A stretch of DNA of 36,450 bases from contig NIVC01004743.1 of assembly GCA_002269645.1 (NCBI GenBank), positions 1 through 36,450 on the forward strand, written 5' to 3'. This document shows, one piece after another, positions 18,990 to 27,065 of the stretch. The notes under the pieces are model-generated. The model had not been told where the DNA came from. It did not search any database and was given only the letters and a program-made list of their open reading frames with translations. Source of the stretch: Macrostomum lignano. Taxonomy: Eukaryota. The position numbers and the translations under genes were made by a program. Numbering within the stretch: the first letter of the stretch is position 1; each line of letters begins with the position of its first letter.

Positions 18990-19201
18990 ACAGGAGTGTA
19001 CAGCGGCCCTAACTTTATATTATCGTTAGGCATGTACACTTCACTGCGCCTTGGGGGGTTGGCTCTCAAGGCCGTTAATTGCACGAGCAGAGCCAAGCCG
19101 AGATTCCAATTCAGCCCCAAATTAATGTGACTGCACTTGGAATCGAGCCTGGGTCGCTGGCACACCAGAGCAGCTGCGCTACCGCTGGGCTACGGCCCCC
19201 C
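18990..19201 (-). mobile_element. tRNA-derived SINE-like element (head at ~19135-19201)
   Basis: Minus strand GGGGCCG-TAGCCCAGCGGTAGCGC (A box) ... CCAGGCTCGATTCC (B box) at tRNA spacing, with a non-pairing acceptor stem. The 3' extent is uncertain. Confidence 0.5.
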
Positions 19202-19908
19202 TAAATGCAACCCATCAATCACTTTTCCTCTGCTTTCAAATTCAAAACTTCCAAAGAGAATTCTGCTTGTCAAAGCAGCAGTAGCTGAGGAACTGCTGCC
19301 TGGCAGTCCTTTGTTCTTGAAACCATTGTTACTGACAGTGGAATAGCGAAGCTGCGTGATGAATGCGGATTTCTCGGATTTGGTTGAGTAGTCTGGGCGA
19401 GGGCTCGGGCAGATGGGGGATTGAGAGGCTTCCAATAAATAACTTCCCAACATCCCATTCCACTGCTGCACTCTTCATGCAAGAACTGCAGGGCCACAGG
19501 GGCCCCCCTGTCCAAATTAACTATTCATGACGGCAGTCGCCATGAAAGTCGGTCACGCCTAGAAAGTAGCCGAGAGAGTCATCTTGGGAGGGTCAGTCGG
19601 TGCTGCGAGCCTTGTGCATGGACATTACTTCAGCCATGAGAGGGTAAATTGCAAAATAAAAAATGTTTGGGATTAAGGCAGGTCAGCTGATTTGCATTTC
19701 ATACTCAGAAAGCAAGACAAAATCGAAAGTCAAAAAGTTCAAAAAGCCTACAATCTAGAATAAATTCTTTCTGAGTAAGCATAGAAAAAAAACCTACTTG
19801 ACTACTCGCCGCAGTAGAATATTGCGTATTTCGCAGGTCTGTAAAAAATTTCATTTGTGAACGTCTGGAAAGCCAGTGAGTTAGATAGGGGTTACACGTG
19901 GGATTTGG

Positions 19909-19980
19909 TTAGGGTTAGGGTTCCGGTTAGGGTTAGGGTTCCGGTTAGGGTTAGGGTTCCGGTTAGGGTTAGGGTTAGGG
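19909..19980 (+). repeat. Interstitial telomeric-type tract [(TTAGGG)2 TTCCGG]3 (TTAGGG)3
   Basis: 12 hexamers read directly: 9 TTAGGG and 3 TTCCGG. Confidence 0.95.
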
Positions 19981-20687
19981 TCGGCAGTCCAAAGTCGCCC
20001 CAATGTTGGACCCTCAGTCTCGCTCAGTCCACTTGTCCTGTCACTTCTGCTCTAACTTCAGCAATCAACTGAGCTTTTTCTTAGAAGCCCCGTCGTCACA
20101 GGTGACCTGGAGTCATTTGGTTCTTCCGTGTGTTTACTGTGTACCGATAATTACTCTCTCCTCTATCTGTCTCTTCTCCCGCTGCACACTGCTATTTAAG
20201 CTATACTAACGGATATACGAATGCCAAACAGCAGTGTCACACTGTGATGCTGGGGACAGTGCCGCGGTGGGCTGCAGAGCCATGGTAATAAATTTTCTCA
20301 TCTAGGAATTCGAAGCCCCTCTTTCACAATCGTCACACATTTCAGTAAATTTACAGAGGCCGCCCCAAGGGCATACATGTAGCAATTTGGTGAAATTTAG
20401 GCGCCGGCGTTGCGAGATAAGTTTGCACAGCAGCTGCTGTTGCAAGAACTGCATGCGGTTTGGATGAAGCTTTTTGCTTCTCTTAGCCTGCGAACAAATT
20501 TCGGGCTCATAAATTGCACTGACCAAAGCTGCGATCATAAATATGAAGCCTGCCGCTGGCGTCTCTGCATGCGTAGCATTTTTTTAGATTTATCGGTCAG
20601 ATGAAACACTTGACCGTCCAGGCATAAAACACTGAAGCCTGGCCTTCCTGCTAACCCCAGTCACCTCTTGTTGCTAATATTGCTGCC

Positions 20688-22220
20688 ATGATTGACCTGC
20701 AGGCTACCTTCAAGGACATCGGAGGCTTCGGCCTCTACCAGGTTCTCGTCTGTATCGTCGGCTGCTTCACATTGATCTCCAGCGGGATGATCATCGCTGG
20801 TGGAGCTTTCCACAACCTCATGACCTGCAGCGCCAACGCGACTGCGGAAGACATTGTCGCCGCGGCCAACAGCAGCCAGCACGGCTTCACGACGTCCGTC
20901 AGCGCCGAGTACGGTCTCTGTGACAGTCAGGCTTCTCTCGGAGAGCTGTCCGCCGTCTTTCTGCTCGCCGGCTGCATCCCCGGCTCGTTGATGGCCGGTC
21001 CAGCAGCAGACAGCATCGGGCGAATTCCCGGACTGCTGATCGGCCTTTTGTGCACTCTGGCCACCAATCTGCTGGCCGCGCTAGCGCCGCAGTTCTGGCG
21101 GCATCTGGCCAGCCGTCTTGTCTGCGGCTTCTTCGTCAGCTGCACTCTCGGCTCAGTGTTTGTGTACGGCAACGAAGTGCTGCTGACGGAGCACCGGGGC
21201 AGGTTCGTCAAGACGTACAACCTGGGTGCAGCCGTGGGTGGCATTCTCCTAGCTATCCTGGCCTTCGTCCTTCGAGACTACAAGTGGCTGATGATCACAA
21301 ATAATTTTTTTATTGTTCCACCAGTCATTGTGGCCGCCCTTCTGCCCGAGAGTCCGTCCTGGCTGCTCTCGCAAAGAATGAAATCCGTCAAGAAGGTGAG
21401 GCGAGCGCTGCAGAAGATTGCATGGATCAACAGGCGCCCATTGCCAGAGAGTGTTCTCAGTCTGAGCTCGGGTGGTCAAGGTGAGGAGTCGCTGCAGCTC
21501 GAAGAGAACGGAGAGCTTCTCGACACTCAGCAAACCAAAGACCATGGGACGCCTCGCGCGATACTTGGAGGGTCGCTCTGCACTGCCATCAAGAAGCTGC
21601 TATCAGATAGGGTGTCGGTATTCCGCCTGCTGTCCACCTGCCTGTACAGTTTCAGCAGCGGCTTCGCCTACTACGGTTTCACTTTCGTGATCACCCACGC
21701 CGTGCCGAACATCTATATCACCTTCGCTCTCATGGCAGCTGTGGAGCCACCATCTCTGCTTCTCCTGAATACATTCAGTCGGGGCCGCACTCTGTTCGTT
21801 AGCGCGCTGGTCACCGTCGGCTGTTGTTTCTCCATCGGCATCATCTTCGCCACAGTGCCGGCAGCAGAAGACGGACAGCTCAGCATGATCGTCATCGTTC
21901 TTTTGGTGTGCCTTTCCGTGAGCGGCAAGTTCTTCTCGAACATCGCCTTCTGTGCCATCATGGCGGTCGGGGCAGAGATCTACCCGACAGCGGTACGCAA
22001 CACGGGACTCGGGCTGCTGATGGCCACCCTGCGGACCGGCTGCATGCTGTCGCCGCTGGTGAACTTCATCCCCTACATGCCGGCCAGGTTCGCCACCCTC
22101 GGTCTCGCCTGTCTCGTTGCCGCCTTTCCGACCCGCAGTCTGCCGGACACTCGCATCCAAGACCTGACCGAGACAGTGCCGACCGATGGGCCACGGCCGC
22201 CGCCGCCGTCCTCTGCTTGA
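20688..22220 (+). CDS. SLC22/organic cation transporter-like MFS transporter, copy 1 (510 aa, intronless CDS)
   Basis: About 12 hydrophobic segments, with GPAADSIGR (MFS motif A), E..TEHR, LPESPSWL, AEIYPTAVRNTGLG and LPDT. A possible 5'-UTR acceptor CTAACCCCAG lies at 20660. Confidence 0.9.
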   Translation: MIDLQATFKDIGGFGLYQVLVCIVGCFTLISSGMIIAGGAFHNLMTCSANATAEDIVAAANSSQHGFTTSVSAEYGLCDSQASLGELSAVFLLAGCIPGSLMAGPAADSIGRIPGLLIGLLCTLATNLLAALAPQFWRHLASRLVCGFFVSCTLGSVFVYGNEVLLTEHRGRFVKTYNLGAAVGGILLAILAFVLRDYKWLMITNNFFIVPPVIVAALLPESPSWLLSQRMKSVKKVRRALQKIAWINRRPLPESVLSLSSGGQGEESLQLEENGELLDTQQTKDHGTPRAILGGSLCTAIKKLLSDRVSVFRLLSTCLYSFSSGFAYYGFTFVITHAVPNIYITFALMAAVEPPSLLLLNTFSRGRTLFVSALVTVGCCFSIGIIFATVPAAEDGQLSMIVIVLLVCLSVSGKFFSNIAFCAIMAVGAEIYPTAVRNTGLGLLMATLRTGCMLSPLVNFIPYMPARFATLGLACLVAAFPTRSLPDTRIQDLTETVPTDGPRPPPPSSA

Positions 22221-23134
22221 ATTTTGAAGTTGAGCCAAACCAGAAGGCTGAGAATGAATTTTATAAGAGCTCAGATACTCAAGTGAACCACTGTGGTTTT
22301 AACATTAAGTTGATAGACTTTAATGCTCACTCAGTAAGCTGAAGTACTTCAAAATCAGGTCTTATGGAAAGTATTTCTGGTTTAGCTGAAGGCTCAGAAA
22401 AACGGAATAGATGCTTAGGAACAAAATTTGAGTTCTGGAACTAGTTAATTTTTTGTCACAATTGCTCACTTCCTACTCTGCACTATCTACACCCCGTACC
22501 ACTTCCTGCTCATCCTCGATTGCTTATGCAGTCGCAACTCGTCCGCTTAGGCTCCTCGAGCAAAGTGTCCATAATGGGCACTCGGGCACCGAGGCAACGA
22601 ACTTGATGACAGTCTTGCTGGCTGGTTTAAACATTTTTATCGTTTTTTGTCATGGCGTGTCGTTATCATCATATTAAATTTTGGCCTCCTGAATTCGGAC
22701 CCCGGATGCCAATTTGGCACCCTACTTTTCCAGACTATGTGCTGCTGGATTTAATTTAAGTTCCAATTTTCTTAAATTCACATATCATTCGAAGTATCAA
22801 TAAATGATTATTGAGGGTTCAAGAATTCTATTAATTTGAGTAATCTGTAGATATGAAGTCTGCAGACTTCTGCGACATCTGCAGATTAAGAGAGGCTCAG
22901 CATTATTAATTGATTTTGATTTTTTCGACTGATGCCAGCTAGCATCCGGGATTTCAATTTGGCATCCTGAGTTTGGACCCGGTTTTTCAATTTCTGGCAG
23001 CCTTGCCTTCGGCTCCCGAACCATTGCCACCATTGTGGTACCGCCGCTGTCATCTCCCGGGTTAACCGGTGGGCGACATTCAAGCACGAGAGATGTGAGC
23101 TAATTGTCTCCCCTGTCACGCGCTGCTGTTCCCT

Positions 23135-23620
23135 ACAGGCCCTCGCCCACCCTGCTTGGATGTGACAGTAAATCGGTCACCATATGACTGTTTTGCTACC
23201 TCTAGGAGAAGCCGCAGTGAGAGACGCCCTTTCTGCCCCTCCGGTATGAAAATGCGGAGCACTTTATTCATGAATACCCAGTCAACCCCGTCTTCAACCC
23301 GACTGCCGGCAATCCCGCGCGGCTGTCCGCTGTCCTTCCTCCGCCCTGCGCAGGGCCCTGCTTGGACTCAACCGCAGGGACATCAGGGCGGTGACCATGG
23401 CCCTCTCGGGTCATGGCTGTTTTGCCATGCAGGCATCGTTACCTCCAGGGAAAAATCTGTAGCGTGGAATGCCCTTTCTGCCTCTCCTGTGTCGAGAATG
23501 CGGAGCACTTAGCTCGTAATCTGTTAATGCCTCGCCTTTACTCAGGACAGACTCGCCTACCTCGGCCCAAACCCGGACCGCCAGCGATCGTCCGCTACCT
23601 AAGGGCCACCGCGGGCGAGC
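23135..23620 (+). mobile_element. Degenerate 3' end of a non-LTR retrotransposon ORF2 (LOA/I-group-like C-terminal zinc knuckle)
   Basis: Across several frameshifts: GP.P ... DCRQSR ... [29 protein letters not shown]...CPFC...ENAEH...C.AF..DRLAYLG...IVRYLRAT. This matches the CRQxK / LLTGH / C-x2-C-x8-H-xn-C pattern of RNase H-bearing LINEs. Confidence 0.6.
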
Positions 23621-24862
23621 GACCATCCACCTCCTGGACTCTCCGGAGGGGGACCGCGCTGCGGACACCGGCACCACCGGAACTCCCTGCGCGAAACCGC
23701 AGCACCAGCTGCCCGTGGTCGCCAGGGGTTAGCAAACTGGGCGGAAACGCCTCCTCACTGCATCCGGATGCAGCTGAGTCAAGTAAGCCCGTCTTTAACC
23801 AGGACGAGCCAGCTTGTCCGTTACCCACTCAGAAGGATTGCAGTTTATGGGAGGGCACACAAGCTGACCCGACGACGAATAATGAGCGTGTCTGTATTTT
23901 TCAGTTCCTTGGCGAGCTGGTCCTTGAGCTCGCTGCCCAGGATGCCATCGAGGCCATACGTCTAGTCAATTTTGACCGTAATGTTCTGCAGGCTTTTTTA
24001 AAACAGACTAACTTGGTTGGGAATTTTTTAACAGCGACAGAGCAAGCGACAGAATATAATGAGCTGTTTGCCGTAGACAATAGATAAGAAAACCCAAGCT
24101 AATTGCGGTAATTTGAATAAAGTAGGTCAGAACAGCCTTTATCAGAATCAGATAAGGTCCCTAATAAGTACCAATACCACCTAATATATAAGTACGAGCT
24201 AAGTCAGCTGGTTCTGGGAGGTTGCACACACAGAGGGTTGAAGGTGAAATAATTTAAAGGAGTGCAGTGTACAACTTCGCTGTGCGATTAAGGCCAATTA
24301 GGAGAGAGGGGTGCGCCTGGGACATAATAATAATTGATTACCCCTGCCCCAATCGGGCCAGATGTGCAACCGACAGCTCAGCCGCAGCTATTGCGCGGCG
24401 CATCTCTGAAGCCTGCGTACGGTTGGGGAGTCGCCATTTACGCTCGTACACACCCTCAATTACCCCAGCTAATGCTGTTACCCAACTCATTTTACAGCTG
24501 GGTGAACTGAAGCATGCAATGGATAAATAATCAGCGGTCCCAGTGCGTGACAACTATTGTCTGGCGAGCGCCGGTAGTCGCGAGCCATAGACAAATCGTT
24601 GTCACGTGCTGCGACCGCCGATTCTTTGCATTGTTTTTCTGTTTGACGATCCTACAGACAATGGCAGATCCTACGCGCACTCGTGTTTGGCCATTATTTC
24701 AGCCCCTTACCTACTACGCAATCTACCATTATTTAGCAATTTGACGATCATTATTCACATTTTTAATGCAGAACAATCCATTACTACAAAAAATGCATTG
24801 TTTAGTAATTTGACGATCATTATTCACATTTTTAATGCAGAACAATATATTACTACAAACAA

Positions 24863-24928
24863 TGCATTGTCCAGAAGACACAGCCTGGCGTAATGCTACG
24901 CGCACTCGTGTTTGGCCATTATTTCAGC
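24863..24928 (+). repeat. Left inverted repeat of the YR element
   Basis: TGCATTGTCCAGAAGACACAGCCTGGCGTAATG + 17 nt + TGGCCATTATTTCAGC. Confidence 0.9.
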
Positions 24929-25048
24929 CCCTACTACGCAACGTCATTGTCTATAAGACACAGCCTGGCCATTATTTCAGCGTGCCGGAAGCGGTCATTA
25001 TTTCAGGGTAAGAGTCTGCGTGCGTGCGACTGCGTAAAGAGGGCGGTG

Positions 25049-25100
25049 GTTGGGCCATAGACTATAAATAAAAAAAGCTGTTGGGCCATAGACTATAAAT
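25049..25100 (+). promoter_or_regulatory. Duplicated 21-bp motif containing TATAAAT; candidate promoter of the YR gene
   Basis: GTTGGGCCATAGACTATAAAT at 25049-25069 and 25080-25100, ~90-140 nt upstream of ATG 25188. Confidence 0.3.
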
Positions 25101-25187
25101 GAATAAGCTGATGATAGGCTTGAGCTGACGAGAAGTAGAGATAGTCGAGATCGAGGATTAACAGAGCTGTCTTTTCTTTTTTCGGCT

Positions 25188-26675
25188 ATGGCGCTTATCA
25201 ATTGGTCGCATCTTCCCGTGGACAGCCTTAACGGAGTATCTAGATATGAGTTAGAACTACTATTCGAGCTAAGTGCAAAGGAGCATCAACAGGATGTAGA
25301 ATTGAGTTCATTTATCAAGTGGCTCGAAGATCCACTGGCTGATTCTGGAGACTTGCCGGAGCTGCCTCCCGCCGAAGATGGAGTCAACCTTGACGCCGTG
25401 GAAATCCAGTCGTTGCCAAGAACGTCTAGGGAGCAAATGATGCGACATGGTGGAGCCTTTGAAAAGTTCTTGCAGGACAATACTGCAGAGGATTGCGTCA
25501 CGATGCCTTCCTGGAAGCTTAACGAGTACCTTCGATACTACTATTTCGGTTTGAAAAAAACGACCGGAGAGCCCTACGCTCCAGCTACTCTTGTATGCGT
25601 TCGGGCAGGCATCCAACGGTACCTCCATCTGGTCAAGCATCGTGCTATCAATCTGGTGAGTGGAACCGATTTTGAGAGTGCCAACAGAATGTTGAGAGTG
25701 ACGGTTCGCGAGTTCCACAACAGTGGCGGTGTGACCACTCAGTACGAGCCTATCAATGAAGGAGATTTAGCGAAGCTGCGAGACTACTTCGACAGGAGCA
25801 CGGGTGAGAAGTTGCAAAATGAAGTCCTATTTACTATCCTCTACGTGTTTGGTGAAAGGGGGCAGGAGCACCTAAAGCAGATGCGTAGAAAGGGAACCCT
25901 GCAGGAAAAGACCGACGCCGACGAAAATCCTTATTTGGAGCTGCCTGCCATGCCTACCAAAAACCAGTCCGCTGATCCCAACCGCTGCAAGGACGACGTC
26001 CGCAAGCAGTCTCGATTGTACGGCGAGCAACGTGATCTTGTATTGCGGTATGCTGCCCTGCTGCCGGAGAACACGAGGGACAACAGCTTTTTCCCTAAAC
26101 CATTAGCCAACGATTATTCAACGGATTCGCTTCTCAGACAAGATGGTTCGAGGATTTAATTGGATGGCTGGCTTCATGCAGAAATTAAGCCAAACATGTG
26201 CTCTATCCCGTGTCTACTCAAACCACTGCATTCGGGTCACCAGGATATCAGATCTCCGTGATGCTGGACATGACATGAGCGACATAATGTGTATCACAGG
26301 CCAGAAAAGCGAACGAACTGTCCGTAGGTACTAGTCACATAAACGGGACCGAGCCGTGCGTGCAGCCTCGACAGCGATAAGCAGTGCTCTGAAGAGAGCA
26401 TCTGAGCAGCATGAGACACTGGCAAATAAGCAAAGTGTTGTCACAACTAGCAGTGCAACCTCCTATGCTTCAGTGGACGTGAGACAGGAGACGCGGATGA
26501 AGCATGGTAAGTACATGTACATTAAGTTGTAAGTAAATTAGCGGCTATACTATTGGTTATATAGAAACGGTGAATTTTTTACAATACCCATTAATCTGCA
26601 GGTCGGATGGATTCAGAAAGTGCAGTTCGGTTTTTAGAGAATTGCCACTTCAAGGATTGCACATTTCATTTTTAA
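25188..26675 (+). pseudogene. Tyrosine recombinase (Crypton/DUF3504-like), disrupted; exons 25188..26506 and 26602..26675
   Basis: Motifs YAPATLVCVRAGIQRYL, FGERGQE (Arg), TKN (Lys), YSNHCIR (HxxR) and TGQKSERTVRRY (Tyr). Frameshift at ~26130 and in-frame TAG at 26332. The frame continues to G|GTAAGT at 26507 and CTGCAG| at 26601, ending FLENCHFKDCTFHF*. Repaired length ~460 aa. Confidence 0.8.
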
Positions 26676-26893
26676 TGAGCAACTTCTGATGAACAGACTA
26701 CGACTACTATGTTGTTTTTGTGTTAGGCGCGTTTTCTGCTAAATAGTTTTGTGGCTAAATAGTTTTGACTATCATTTTTCTTCTCACTAATATTACTATT
26801 GTTGTGATTATCATTACTGTGAACATTATTCCCTTATGCCAGTTAATATATGAATACTTTAACTAATCGTCTATGGTTCAAACGTCTGTTAAA

Positions 26894-26953
26894 GCTGAAA
26901 TAATGGCCAGTTGAGTTTGTCATTACGCCAGGCTGTGTCTTCTGGACAATGCA
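26894..26953 (-). repeat. Right inverted repeat of the YR element
   Basis: GCTGAAATAATGGCCA + 11 nt + CATTACGCCAGGCTGTGTCTTCTGGACAATGCA, the exact reverse complements of the two left blocks. Confidence 0.9.
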
Positions 26954-27065
26954 GAGTTAAGTGTCTTGCTCAAGGACACGAATTGTTTCGAGTGGGTTGA
27001 GGATAAAACCACAGACCTTTCAGTCGTGAGTGAGTCCGATGCTCTCACCACTAAGCTATACAACC
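26954..27065 (-). mobile_element. tRNA-derived CORE-type SINE fragment
   Basis: Minus strand: A box TAGCTTAGTGGTGAGAGCA, a degenerate B box, then GTGTCCTTGAGCAAGACACTTAAC (26979-26956). The last block resembles the CORE-SINE central domain (cf. MIR GTGACCTTGGGCAAGTCACTTAAC). Confidence 0.65.

Larger units (their letters stand above)
24863..26953 (+). mobile_element. Crypton-like tyrosine-recombinase DNA transposon bounded by inverted repeats (true ends uncertain, possibly ~24580-27535)
   Basis: Contains a DUF3504/CryptonA-like YR coding region. A 33-bp perfect inverted repeat (24863-24895 / 26921-26953) is accompanied by a 16-bp inverted repeat (24913-24928 / 26894-26909). Confidence 0.75.

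Noticed and set aside
19524-19565. ATGA...AA...GA hairpin as a SECIS element
   Set aside because: Stem geometry is too short, and there is no in-frame TGA selenoprotein candidate upstream.
23413-24087. 224-aa ORF as a RING-finger gene
   Set aside because: RING ligand spacing is incomplete. The Cys motif is better explained as a frameshifted LINE zinc knuckle joined to unrelated sequence.
25188-26334. Phage or bacterial integrase, or prophage
   Set aside because: It has a spliceosomal intron, DUF3504-like motifs and no phage genes nearby, so a eukaryotic Crypton-type element fits better.
26332-26334. Programmed readthrough or recoding of the TAG after the catalytic Tyr
   Set aside because: There is an independent upstream frameshift and no recognisable readthrough signal. 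A nonsense mutation or sequencing error is simpler.
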